DNA from: Syntrophales bacterium
GTDB taxonomy: Bacteria > Desulfobacterota > Syntrophia > Syntrophales > UBA2210
Assembly: GCA_963662405.2 (NCBI GenBank)
Contig: CAXXKT010000001.1
Span: 1,120,001-1,184,000, forward strand
Length of the DNA: 64,000 bases
Direction: 5' to 3'
Part shown: piece by piece, positions 1 through 9,358 of the stretch
Layout: each line of letters begins with the position of its first letter
Position numbering within the stretch: position 1 is the first letter of the stretch
Program-made: the position numbers and the translations under genes
The notes under the pieces: model-generated
What the model saw: the letters and a program-made list of their open reading frames with translations, nothing else
Database searches by the model: none
Told to the model about the DNA's origin: nothing

Positions 1-103
1 CCACGATCCCTTTGGGTTTCTCGTCGGCGAAACGATAACACAATCCACGACCGATTCCGGAGGCCGCGCCCGTCACGACAACAACCTTGTCTTTGATCTT
101 CAT
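1..103 (-). CDS. SDR family oxidoreductase, N-terminal part (runs off the window edge)
   Basis: Manual translation from ATG at 103: [25 protein letters not shown], with the TGxxxGIG Rossmann motif. AAGGAGG RBS upstream. Not in the ORF track. Confidence 0.85.
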   Translation of the reverse strand, partial: MKIKDKVVVVTGAASGIGRGLCYRFADEKPKGIV

Positions 104-475
104 ATACCCTCCTTCACTGCAAAATCGTCCCACACTCTTTCCGGGATTTACATAGACAGAAGCTGCGCAAAATGCAAACACTAAAAAACGGGTATTTTTC
201 TCTTGCCGGAGCCTATTCTCTTCTCCGTTCCGGTTTAACAACCGTAACACCGATATCTTCTCATTGCTCTTAAAGAACTCCCGAAATAAACCGATATTCT
301 CGTCAAGCGTCTTGAATCACGATTGGGATATCAGAGGGGTCTGCCATCCCCAGTGGATGAGATGCTTGATGACGGTTACATATGCAAAGTCTCTGAGGGG
401 TGTTGTGCCGCATACTGTGCGGTGCTTGTCATATGATAGGAGATCCACATAGACATTGAAAGAAAAGGGTGCCAT

Positions 476-997
476 ATGATCGCTTCATTCATTAAACTCG
501 TTTTGTCGAATCCTACCGTTTCTCTCCTCGTCATGGGCCTGATCGGTTCACTGGTATCGATCTATTCCAAGAAAGGGCGGAGAACAAAGCCCGTCATTGT
601 CGAAGCCCTCGTCGCCTATTTTTTCCTGTTCAGCATAGGGATCGGCTATCTGGACAACTTCGTGATGCATGTGGTGTTTGCCGAGTATACGGCGAAATTT
701 ATCGGGTGGGCGAACAGCCCCTTTCAACTGGAAGTGGGGTTTGCCAGCCTCGGCATGGGCGTGGCGGGCATCATAGCTTTCAGACAAAACCTGGCATTCC
801 GGGTAGCCACATTTCTCCCCCCCGCTTTCTTCCTCTTGGGCGCGGCGGGAGGGCATATCTACCAGATTTGTACAACGCACAATATGGCTGCGGGAAACGC
901 CGGCGCCATTCTGTGGACCGATATCCTGTTGCCCGTTATCGGCTTCGGGCTGCTCTGTGCGCAGGCGAAGGTCCTTCGCGGAACTCGCGAAAAGTAA
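476..997 (+). CDS. Integral membrane protein (DUF6790-like)
   Basis: 173 aa, about 5 hydrophobic segments; 'AKFIGWANSPFQLEVGFASLG' and 'GHIYQ...N.AAGNAG' motifs. Confidence 0.7.
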   Translation: MIASFIKLVLSNPTVSLLVMGLIGSLVSIYSKKGRRTKPVIVEALVAYFFLFSIGIGYLDNFVMHVVFAEYTAKFIGWANSPFQLEVGFASLGMGVAGIIAFRQNLAFRVATFLPPAFFLLGAAGGHIYQICTTHNMAAGNAGAILWTDILLPVIGFGLLCAQAKVLRGTREK

Positions 998-1299
998 GAG
1001 AATAGAGGGTTGAAGAAGACAGTACGGCCAATTGCTCCACCCCGCTCGCTTTCTCCGGTAATGATTGTTGAGACTTTTTCCTCCAGATTTTATAAATTGT
1101 AGGGAATGATCGATACATACTTTTCCATCCATATTGTAAAATCTGCACGTCATCAAAATGCTGAGTGAGCCTCTTTTCAGATCTTGTCCAGGCTGAGCCC
1201 CAGCCGTTTCAAACATGTCCCGGCATACTATCATTTCGTCCTACGGTTGTTCCGTGCTTTATGGTATGAAAAATCACATCGATTCCTTCAGGAGGTACC

Positions 1300-2751
1300 A
1301 TGGAAACAGCAGAGCGCAGCCTATTCGACGCGATCTTCGATCCCCGTGCCGTCGCGATCATCGGGGCGTCCCCTTCCGATCAGGCGACCCTGGCCCAGAT
1401 CAGGACGAAACTCAGAGACCGCCTCTACCTGGTCAACCCGAAATATACGGAACTGATGGGCAAGAAATGCTACCCGACCATCCTGGATGTGGAGGCCGAG
1501 GTCGATTACGTGAGTATCGGCATCTCCTCGTCGCTCCTGCCGCAGGTCCTGGAGCAGTGTATTCAAAAAGGTGTTCGGGTCGCCCAGATCTTCACGGCCG
1601 GTTTCAGCGAGACGGGTATCCCCGAACGGATCAGGCAGGAGGAAGAACTGAAGCAATTGGCACAAGGCCGAATCCGGCTCATCGGCCCTAATTGTTTCGG
1701 TGTTTACTGTCCCAGGACGGGTCAGGCCATCGTGCCGGAAGCCCCGACGGAGGAGGGGGCCATCGGTGTTGTCGCCCAGAGCGGCAGTTTTGCCGAGTCG
1801 TTCTCGTATTTCGCCGACGCGAAGAATCTCCGGTTCAGCAAGGTGGTCAGTTACGGCAACGCCGCAGACCTGGACGGCGCCGATTTTCTGGAATACCTGG
1901 CCGATGACGAGGGCACGAAGCTGATCGCCTTTTATATCGAAGGGACCAGTGACACATCACATCTGCGCGCGGCCCTGACAAAGGCGGCCAGGCGAAAGCC
2001 GGTGATCGCCATTAAGGGGGGAATGACCGATCAGGGGATGCGGGCGGCGGCCTCACATACGGGGGCCCTGGCGGGTTCCCCGGATATCTGGCGCGCCTTT
2101 TTCAGGCAGTGCGGGGCGCTGCAGGTGGACACCTTCGACGAGATGGCGAGCACCCTGATAGCGTTTCAGAACGCCCCGCTCCCCGCGGGGCGGACTATGG
2201 CCCTGATCACCAACTCCGGCGGCTTCGGCGTCATCCAGACGGACCTCTGCCTGCGGGCCGGGATCGAGGTGCCCCCGTTTACGCCCGAGACCGTCGAGAC
2301 CCTGCGCGCCCTGGTCCCCGCGGCCGGGACCAGCATACGGAATCCCCTGGATGCCTGGCCCATCTATTACAATGTCGGGGAGACGGGGAATATCGCCGAT
2401 ATTATCAGGACCGTCGCCGCTGATCCTCAGATCGATACACTGGTCTTCCAGTTCGATCAGTTCCGCTATCTGCGGCGCATTATCGGGCCGGAAGCCATTG
2501 ATGCCCATATGGAACGACTCATTGCGTTGATGGTTGAAGGGTGCGAACAGGCCCGTGAGCAAGAGCGGAAACCCGTCATGATCACGGTTTCCCTCGATCC
2601 GTACCTGGAGGACGAAAAGGATCGGCAGTACAATCTGCTTCTCAAAAAGACCTTTGCCGCCGGGGGGTTTCCCGTGTACGCCACCCTGGACGCAACGGTC
2701 AGGGCCCTTGCCAATCTGTGCCGGTATGCTGAAGGCCGCAGGGGAGAATAG
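1300..2751 (+). CDS. Acyl-CoA synthetase (NDP-forming), alpha-subunit-like / CoA-binding protein
   Basis: AVAIIGAS, IGPNCFG, QSG, SYGN, phospho-His motif SHTGALAG, TNSGG and NPLD; GGAGG RBS. No ATP-grasp domain. Confidence 0.88.
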   Translation: METAERSLFDAIFDPRAVAIIGASPSDQATLAQIRTKLRDRLYLVNPKYTELMGKKCYPTILDVEAEVDYVSIGISSSLLPQVLEQCIQKGVRVAQIFTAGFSETGIPERIRQEEELKQLAQGRIRLIGPNCFGVYCPRTGQAIVPEAPTEEGAIGVVAQSGSFAESFSYFADAKNLRFSKVVSYGNAADLDGADFLEYLADDEGTKLIAFYIEGTSDTSHLRAALTKAARRKPVIAIKGGMTDQGMRAAASHTGALAGSPDIWRAFFRQCGALQVDTFDEMASTLIAFQNAPLPAGRTMALITNSGGFGVIQTDLCLRAGIEVPPFTPETVETLRALVPAAGTSIRNPLDAWPIYYNVGETGNIADIIRTVAADPQIDTLVFQFDQFRYLRRIIGPEAIDAHMERLIALMVEGCEQAREQERKPVMITVSLDPYLEDEKDRQYNLLLKKTFAAGGFPVYATLDATVRALANLCRYAEGRRGE

Positions 2752-2889
2752 CGTCGATGAGGCGCAGGAACACGCCGCGCATGAGGCTCCATCGATCACG
2801 ATGGCCGCTGTATCTCCATAGAGCAGCACGCTGATGGATGCCTCGCGGGCGGAATTTTCCTTACGAGTGCGGAACTGCGGGTGTTTTGT

Positions 2890-3300
2890 CTACTTTTCAA
2901 CCCACGATTCGTGAGAATAGAGGATCTTCCAGCCGCCCTCCTCTTTTTTCCATATCATCGTGAAGACATGCGCTGATTGCATGCGTTGCCCATCCGTAAA
3001 AAGCATCTTCGATTTTTCCTGACTCGTCAAAAGGGCCAGATCGGGCGCCAGGGGCGTAACCTGCACAGCCAATACTTCGACCTGTTGTTGTTCTCTCGTC
3101 GCGAAGTACGACGTTACCGTATCCACCCATTCCCTTCGGGTGGCAGAGCGATCCGCGCCGGCAACGGCGGACAGGAACCCGTCCCTACTGTAATGATCGG
3201 CCCAGGCGGGGGCGTCGAGTGTGTTGAGGGCGTCGATCAGGTTATTAAACTGTTCTTTTACCTCTTTCTGAATCGTTTCTGCCTCGGGGAATGGCTGCAT
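2890..3300 (-). CDS. NTF2/SnoaL-like (DUF4440) protein
   Basis: C-terminal 'FTMIWKKEEGGWKILYSHES' is typical of the NTF2 fold. Start placed at MQPFPE, downstream of an AAGGA RBS. Confidence 0.8.
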   Translation of the reverse strand: MQPFPEAETIQKEVKEQFNNLIDALNTLDAPAWADHYSRDGFLSAVAGADRSATRREWVDTVTSYFATREQQQVEVLAVQVTPLAPDLALLTSQEKSKMLFTDGQRMQSAHVFTMIWKKEEGGWKILYSHESWVEK

Positions 3301-3394
3301 GCGGCATCCTTTCTTTTGCTGGTTTCGGGTGCTTGCATATGGCACCTTTCCATTTAACTGCCTGGTACCTGTGCGGCTTCTCAAGAGCACACAA

Positions 3395-4153
3395 CTACGT
3401 CGTCGGCATGTTCCGAGAGGTCCCTTTGTCCAGCGCTTCCTTCGGTGTTATACCCGCATCGATGTACTCCTGCCACATGGCATTGCCGTACTCGCGCATG
3501 GTCTGTAGATCGACGATGGGTTGTTTGATTCTCTTCATGGTCTCATCCGATACCGAGAAGGTCTTGACGAGTTCCACGCCGGCCTTTCTGACCGCGTCAA
3601 GGATATCGTCGCGAATCTGTTCGAAGCCGGTTTGGGTCATCGTTTCGGCGGCGGGGCGGTAGATCTCCGCGATGAGGGCTCTACCGTAGATGTATCGCAG
3701 GTGTGAAGACATCAGGTCGAATATGGAGTTCTCGGGGAATCCGGCGACGGAAAGGGAGACAATGAGCGGATGACGACCCCGCAGTGGGTGTGAGGCCTTA
3801 CCGTTGTGCTCGATGATGAACGGTTCGACAGCGGGGAGTGTTCGTTCGATAAATGCCTTGAGCTGGGCGTTGACACCGAAGTGGTAAAGCGGCGTGGCAT
3901 AGATCGCGATATCGGATTCCATGAATTTCGGAAAGAGCTCTCGGCTCATGTCGTCCTTATGGACACAGGTACCGGGTGTCTTTGTCCAGCAGGTGTAGCA
4001 GCCGATACAGTACCTGATCTTGTGGGACCGGAGATTGATGATCTCTACATCGGCATCCGCCGAACGCATCCCCTCGACGAGTGATTCGAGCAGGAGTTCC
4101 GTTTTACTCTGATCCTTCCCCCGCGGACTTGAATTGAGCGCTACTACTTTCAT
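3395..4153 (-). CDS. Flavodoxin family / iron-sulfur flavoprotein (NADPH-dependent FMN reductase)
   Basis: MKVVALNSSPRG, CIGCYTCW...C..KDDM Cys motif and ATPLYHF; GGGAGG RBS before ATG 4153. Confidence 0.85.
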   Translation of the reverse strand: MKVVALNSSPRGKDQSKTELLLESLVEGMRSADADVEIINLRSHKIRYCIGCYTCWTKTPGTCVHKDDMSRELFPKFMESDIAIYATPLYHFGVNAQLKAFIERTLPAVEPFIIEHNGKASHPLRGRHPLIVSLSVAGFPENSIFDLMSSHLRYIYGRALIAEIYRPAAETMTQTGFEQIRDDILDAVRKAGVELVKTFSVSDETMKRIKQPIVDLQTMREYGNAMWQEYIDAGITPKEALDKGTSRNMPTT

Positions 4154-4313
4154 ATCTCCCCTCCCCCTTGAGTATGGAGTACGATAGGCACGGACATTCC
4201 GGTATCCACACGATGCCGTGACTATCGTTGCATCAGATGGAACATATGAAGAAGGGATGTGTGTGTCAAGGAGAAAGGAAGGACTCCCGTGGTTGATGGT
4301 CAGATGGTGTCTG

Positions 4314-5333
4314 TCATTCAACGTGGACCATGCATCCCGTAGGGACGGTCACAGCGCGACCCGAGGAGGTGGTGAAATGAAGGGTAATCCCGTACGAACC
4401 GGGCGTCAGGGTTTTCCCGTCAAAACGGGCAGACCAGCCGAAATAGGGGTATCCCCCCCTGTCTCCGCCGGGGATATCGAGGTACCGTGCCACATCGGGA
4501 CGGGGGTGTGAGAAGGCCGCCGGCGCGGTCACGGTGTTGCCCAGGCCGACGGTCACAGTTTCCATTCTTTTGTGATGACGGCGGTCGTAGGCCCACCCCG
4601 CTACCGTCACCTGAGAGATGCCGGAAGGGAGCGTTATGGACCGTTCGTCACCGGAACCATCGCGCTTCAGCACGGTTCCTTCCACCGTATCAACCGAATA
4701 TTCAATGCTTCCGTTGCCGTCGATGTAGTCCTCCCGTATCCATGATCGAAGAACCTCCGGGCTGTGTTCGACACCCGTCTCCCGGAGCCATGATTCGTAT
4801 TGATCGAAGAAGAGTGGTCCGGTCGATTTCTTGCCGGGAAAAACCCCGAATCGCCATGAAATCTCCTTCATGGCGGTTTCATACGGGACATCATCCTGCA
4901 GTGCCAGAACCAGCGCACTGACAAAACTGGTTCGATCGGCGCCGTGCTGACAGTGGACGAGGAGAGGCACCCTGGCTGTTTCGAGGCGATCCAGCAGTTC
5001 AAGAAGCGGCATGACATCCGGCAGGGCGGAGGCATTGAAGGGGAAGTCATGAAGCGCGACATTGTACGATGCGGCGATCTGTTTCTCGGTATCGTACCAT
5101 CCGGTCCCGTCGTTTTCCCCCCGGAGGTTGAAGATGGCCTTCAGCCCGTATGCTTTGATTGCCTCTTCCAACTGATGCCCGTCAAGTTGCCCGCTCCGGT
5201 ATACCGTCTTGTCCATGACCGGATATACGTCGCCCCTCCCGCAGGCATAATAGCAGCACACTATCGTTACCGTCAGGGCAATCATTATGATCGCCGGGCC
5301 ATGTTTTTTGAGCGCGGGGGTCTTGATTTTCAT
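4314..5333 (-). CDS. Membrane-anchored/exported Cys-based (PTP/DSP) phosphatase with C-terminal Ig-like domain
   Basis: N-terminal hydrophobic segment; YRSGQ, FNLRG and HCQHGADRTS (CX5R); beta-rich C-terminal domain. Confidence 0.8.
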   Translation of the reverse strand: MKIKTPALKKHGPAIIMIALTVTIVCCYYACGRGDVYPVMDKTVYRSGQLDGHQLEEAIKAYGLKAIFNLRGENDGTGWYDTEKQIAASYNVALHDFPFNASALPDVMPLLELLDRLETARVPLLVHCQHGADRTSFVSALVLALQDDVPYETAMKEISWRFGVFPGKKSTGPLFFDQYESWLRETGVEHSPEVLRSWIREDYIDGNGSIEYSVDTVEGTVLKRDGSGDERSITLPSGISQVTVAGWAYDRRHHKRMETVTVGLGNTVTAPAAFSHPRPDVARYLDIPGGDRGGYPYFGWSARFDGKTLTPGSYGITLHFTTSSGRAVTVPTGCMVHVE

Positions 5334-5424
5334 TATACCATATCGGGAGGAACGCCTTGAGGCCTTCCTCCCGGGTTGGGCAACTGGCGGAATAACGGTC
5401 TGAATTGCATGCCCGGATATTCCT

Positions 5425-6387
5425 TTACAGTGATCGTATCTCCTGTTTCATGAATATGATGTAGGAGATGGCAAAGCAAATCACGGTGATGGCGATAAGC
5501 GAAAGGATATGAGGTAATACGATGAACAGGCTCTGCAGCAATGACAGGGGCCTCTGGAATCGCTCCAGTGACATCCGCTCAATCGGTCCGATCATGACGA
5601 ACTGTCGGGTCGTTTTCCGTGTCGGATCGATCACGATAGATGTGGCGTCGTTATAAAGCTTCATAGGGGAGAGGAGGGATACATTCCTCTGTATGGCTAA
5701 CCGTTTCAACATGAGTTCGGGATTTTGCTGCCCCTGAGCATCCATGGGAACCATGACGCTCGCGGTCACGCTGGCACCGATGGAGATAAAGAAGGAGAAG
5801 AAAATCCAGACCGCAAGGGTGGCAAGGGCTGACGTCGCGACACCTCTGAAAAGGATCGAAAAGAGGATGCTGGCACCGAGCCAGAAGGAAATATAGACAA
5901 TACTGATCACCAAATAAAGGATGATCCGCAGTATCTCTTCCGGACCGGGCACCACACCGATCAGTTTCAACCCGAGGCCGGTCACCACCAGGACGATGGC
6001 GACGAGCATTATGGAGATCGTGGCTACTCCCGCCAGGAATTTCCCGTTGATAATGGAATCACGGTAGATCGGTTGTGACACAAGGGTGCTGAGCGTTCCG
6101 CTGCTCCGTTCACGATTGATGGCATCGAAGCCCAGCAGAAGCCCGATCAACGGACCAAAAAAGGCAACGAACTGTACCAGCGAGAAGACCGATCCGGTGG
6201 AGGTAAAGAGCATGAGAAAGACAAAATTGGGCTTAGCCACCCCGGCCAGTTCTTCCTTGAGCCCCATCCCCGCCATATAGGTGGCGATCAGACTGGCCAT
6301 AGCGATCAACGCAAAAATGATGGTAAAGCGATAGCTGCTGAAGTGATCGGACAGCTCTTTCTTGACAATAGATCCGATGCCGGTCAT
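5425..6387 (-). CDS. ABC-2 type transporter permease
   Basis: 'LGFDAINRERSSGTLSTLVSQPIYR...GKF' signature; multiple TM segments. Confidence 0.88.
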   Translation of the reverse strand: MTGIGSIVKKELSDHFSSYRFTIIFALIAMASLIATYMAGMGLKEELAGVAKPNFVFLMLFTSTGSVFSLVQFVAFFGPLIGLLLGFDAINRERSSGTLSTLVSQPIYRDSIINGKFLAGVATISIMLVAIVLVVTGLGLKLIGVVPGPEEILRIILYLVISIVYISFWLGASILFSILFRGVATSALATLAVWIFFSFFISIGASVTASVMVPMDAQGQQNPELMLKRLAIQRNVSLLSPMKLYNDATSIVIDPTRKTTRQFVMIGPIERMSLERFQRPLSLLQSLFIVLPHILSLIAITVICFAISYIIFMKQEIRSL

Positions 6388-7142
6388 AGGGTCACCTCCT
6401 GAAAATATTTCAAGTAGAGGTCGTCCAGAGAGATCTTGTGGTCTCCGATCCCGAATTGTTCCGTGGCCAGCTCTTCGAGGCTTCCCGCAGCGATCATCTG
6501 TCCTTCGAGCATGATGCCGACCCTGTCGGCGATCTTTTGGACCTGCTTCAGGTCGTGGGACGAGAGGATAACCGTGATATGTTTGGCCTTACTCAGGGAC
6601 TGGATGTACTCGATGTTTTTGGTCGTTGCCTCCGGGTCGAGTCCCAGGGTCGGCTCGTCGAGAAAGGCGATCCGGGGTTCTTTGAGGATGATCACCGCGA
6701 TGCCGAGCCGCTGGCGCATACCACGGGAATAGGCGCCGACCTTTTTGTCGAATTCTCCCGAAAGCCCCACGCTCGCCAGGGCCTCCGTGATCTTGCCGGT
6801 GCTCACGGAATCGGGAATCCCATTGAGCTGCGCGATAAAGTGTAGATTTTCCGCGGCGGTCATGTCCTCGTAGAACCCTATGTTCTCAGGAACATACCCT
6901 ATAATTCTTTTTACCTGCATCGATTCCCGCAGGGGATCGAATCCCGCCACTCGCGCCCATCCGCTGGTCGGCTCCGTCAGCCCGAGGAGCATCAGAAGCG
7001 TGGTTGTTTTTCCCGATCCGTTTGGACCCAGGAAACCGAATATTTCACCCTCCCGCACGGTCAAGCTCAAATTATTGACGGCCCGTTGGGTACCATAGAT
7101 CTTGGTCAGCCCTTCGGTTTGAATGATGCTCTCCTCGCTCAT
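6384..7142 (-). CDS. ABC transporter ATP-binding protein
   Basis: Walker A GPNGSGKTT, signature YSRGMRQR, Walker B FLDEP, switch SSH. Confidence 0.93.
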   Translation of the reverse strand: MSEESIIQTEGLTKIYGTQRAVNNLSLTVREGEIFGFLGPNGSGKTTTLLMLLGLTEPTSGWARVAGFDPLRESMQVKRIIGYVPENIGFYEDMTAAENLHFIAQLNGIPDSVSTGKITEALASVGLSGEFDKKVGAYSRGMRQRLGIAVIILKEPRIAFLDEPTLGLDPEATTKNIEYIQSLSKAKHITVILSSHDLKQVQKIADRVGIMLEGQMIAAGSLEELATEQFGIGDHKISLDDLYLKYFQEVTL

Positions 7143-7143
7143 C

Positions 7144-8364
7144 TTATCTCCTTCCCAGTGCCCGGAAAAGACCGAACAGACCTGCAATAACGAGGCAGAT
7201 GATCCCCAGACCGATCCATCCCCAGGCGGCGGATGCCTTAACGGTCACCCGCAGCTCGAGATTGTCTGAGCTCTTTTCGGCATTGACGCTCACGCCGACG
7301 GCATAGTCTCCCACCAGGGAATCTTCGCCCGGTTCAATCGAAACCTCGATCTGTTCGAGCTTCCCCGGATCGAGAGAGACTATTTTCTCCGGGCTGAACG
7401 TTACCTTCCAATTCTCCGGCTTTACCGAGAGGAGAGAAACATCCTGCAGGGTGGCGGACCCGGTGTTTTGCACATAGATGGAGAGGGTGGAGGCTTTCCC
7501 TCTTTGGGTGCTCAGCGAGAGGAGCCCCGTATCGGTGCCGACATCGACCTTGTACGTCCCCGTGATGATCACCTTCAGGGATGCCTCCGCCTTAAAACCC
7601 TCCGCCATGACGGTAATCGGTATGGTGAACTCGTTCGCTGTCGCAAAGGGATCGGGTGTCACCAGGACAGTTACGTTTTCGCTTTCTTCGGGCTTCAACA
7701 TGAGGCTCGAAATATAGGTGTCCTTGAAGGGAGGTTTGAAATTGACGTTCCACCCCTTGGGCGGAGCCGCGATGAGATTAAAGGGCAATTCCTTTCGTGT
7801 CTTATTGTTGACGCTCAGTGCAAACTCGAATTTGCCGTCACTTGAGCCCTGGAGGACGGGATACGAGGTAGTCAGTATGATTTCACCCTCCTTCTGTTTT
7901 TCTTTTGCCAGAAGGGTCACCTTCAGCTTTTGTGAAGCCTTCAGGGCGCCATCCTGCGTACGTGCGTCCAATTTGAAGTAGTACACACCGGCGCCCGTAT
8001 TCCCGTCCGGTATAATGCCGAACGTGACGGACTTGACCTCGCCGGTCGGGAGATAGAGGGCGGTTACGGCAGCGCCATAACCCTCCGCACTGGCCCGCCA
8101 CCCTGCGGGGATTTGATAGTTGAAATATATGGTTTCGTCTTGTTTTCCCTTGTTGTTGAAGGATAGATTGAGATCGACCTTTTTGTTCCCTCCGGGGAGG
8201 ATGATTTCAGGATAGTCAAAATACATGGCGAAGCTACGGTCGGGACCGCCCCCCTTTCCCCCCTGGTCCTGCTGGGCAAAGCAGGGCAGTACAACAAAGG
8301 CACAGACCCCTATGAGCGTCATCAACGCAACGATCACACCATATTTCCCATTCACAGTTCTCAT
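7144..8364 (-). CDS. NEW3/Ig-like repeat exported protein with C-terminal TM anchor
   Basis: Signal peptide; three 'N.G...P.GW.V.F' beta-sandwich repeats; C-terminal TM followed by RR; directly upstream of the ABC genes. Confidence 0.78.
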   Translation of the reverse strand: MRTVNGKYGVIVALMTLIGVCAFVVLPCFAQQDQGGKGGGPDRSFAMYFDYPEIILPGGNKKVDLNLSFNNKGKQDETIYFNYQIPAGWRASAEGYGAAVTALYLPTGEVKSVTFGIIPDGNTGAGVYYFKLDARTQDGALKASQKLKVTLLAKEKQKEGEIILTTSYPVLQGSSDGKFEFALSVNNKTRKELPFNLIAAPPKGWNVNFKPPFKDTYISSLMLKPEESENVTVLVTPDPFATANEFTIPITVMAEGFKAEASLKVIITGTYKVDVGTDTGLLSLSTQRGKASTLSIYVQNTGSATLQDVSLLSVKPENWKVTFSPEKIVSLDPGKLEQIEVSIEPGEDSLVGDYAVGVSVNAEKSSDNLELRVTVKASAAWGWIGLGIICLVIAGLFGLFRALGRR

Positions 8365-8606
8365 TTTATCTCCTCCATGTGTGCCGAATCACCGAAGTGC
8401 GTCGACGGTATTGGTAACAGTAAAACAGTCAACTATCCGCGAGTCTTATCCCAAAAGAGGTATGGTGAGAGGTTCCCTCTCCCTACCGTGTCTACCATCA
8501 GCGACGTTCCGGATACCCTTACGCCACTACCTACAATGAAAGAGGAATAGAAGTCAAATGTTCCAAGGGTTCTATTACCCACCCCTTGGGTAATTTGATA
8601 GAGTCC

Positions 8607-8638
8607 CCGATACCCCACCGTTTTCGGTGGGGTATCGG
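8607..8638 (-). terminator. Perfect 14-bp stem-loop after satP (terminator or mRNA stabiliser)
   Basis: CCGATACCCCACCG-TTTT-CGGTGGGGTATCGG, 15 nt past the satP stop; no clear U-tract. Confidence 0.6.
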
Positions 8639-8652
8639 ATAGTTATGTAATA

Positions 8653-9216
8653 CTATTTTTCCCCCAAGGGCAGGATGACCCGGCCATAATTCTCGTTAAG
8701 GACCTGGGCCATAGCGCAGTAGATGGCCGATGCGCCGCAGAAGATCCCTTCATAGCCGGTCAGGGCTGCCCAGGATCCCGTCCAGCCGAAGGCGTCGCGC
8801 GCGGCGAGCATCCAGAAGAGGATTGTCAGGGACAGAAAGACCACCTGGAGCCCCCGGTTTGCCTTCCACGTGCCGATCCACATGAAGAAGGTGAAGACGC
8901 CCCACAGGAAGAGGTACCAGGCCACAAAACCGATATCATTCGCGGGCATTCCGAATTTTCCGTTGCAATAGATGAGATATACGAGTGTCAGCCAGAAGAG
9001 CCCATATGATGTGAAAGCGGTAGTCCCGAAGGTGTTCCCTTTTTTGAATTCCATGCAACCCGCGATGATCTGGGCGATGCCGCCATAGAATATCCCCATT
9101 GCCATGATGACGGCGCTGATCTCGTACAGGCCGGCGTTGTGCAGGTTCAAAAGAATCGTCGTCATACCAAAGCCCATCAAACCGAGTGGTGCAGGATTCG
9201 CAAGATTCTCAGACAT
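8653..9216 (-). CDS. satP: Acetate uptake transporter (GPR1/FUN34/YaaH, SatP)
   Basis: Signature [15 protein letters not shown] and [16 protein letters not shown]; 187 aa, 6 TM. Confidence 0.92.
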   Translation of the reverse strand: MSENLANPAPLGLMGFGMTTILLNLHNAGLYEISAVIMAMGIFYGGIAQIIAGCMEFKKGNTFGTTAFTSYGLFWLTLVYLIYCNGKFGMPANDIGFVAWYLFLWGVFTFFMWIGTWKANRGLQVVFLSLTILFWMLAARDAFGWTGSWAALTGYEGIFCGASAIYCAMAQVLNENYGRVILPLGEK

Positions 9217-9358
9217 AGAAAAACCCCCTCAATTATAAATTTTGAGCCACCATAGTAAAATTTAGACTGTTAGTCAAACGGGGAATCGCAGCTCGGCGAT
9301 TTTTTCGCGAGTGCGAAATTGATTGCAACTCACGACAGCCGGTTTCTCGAGCATTCCG

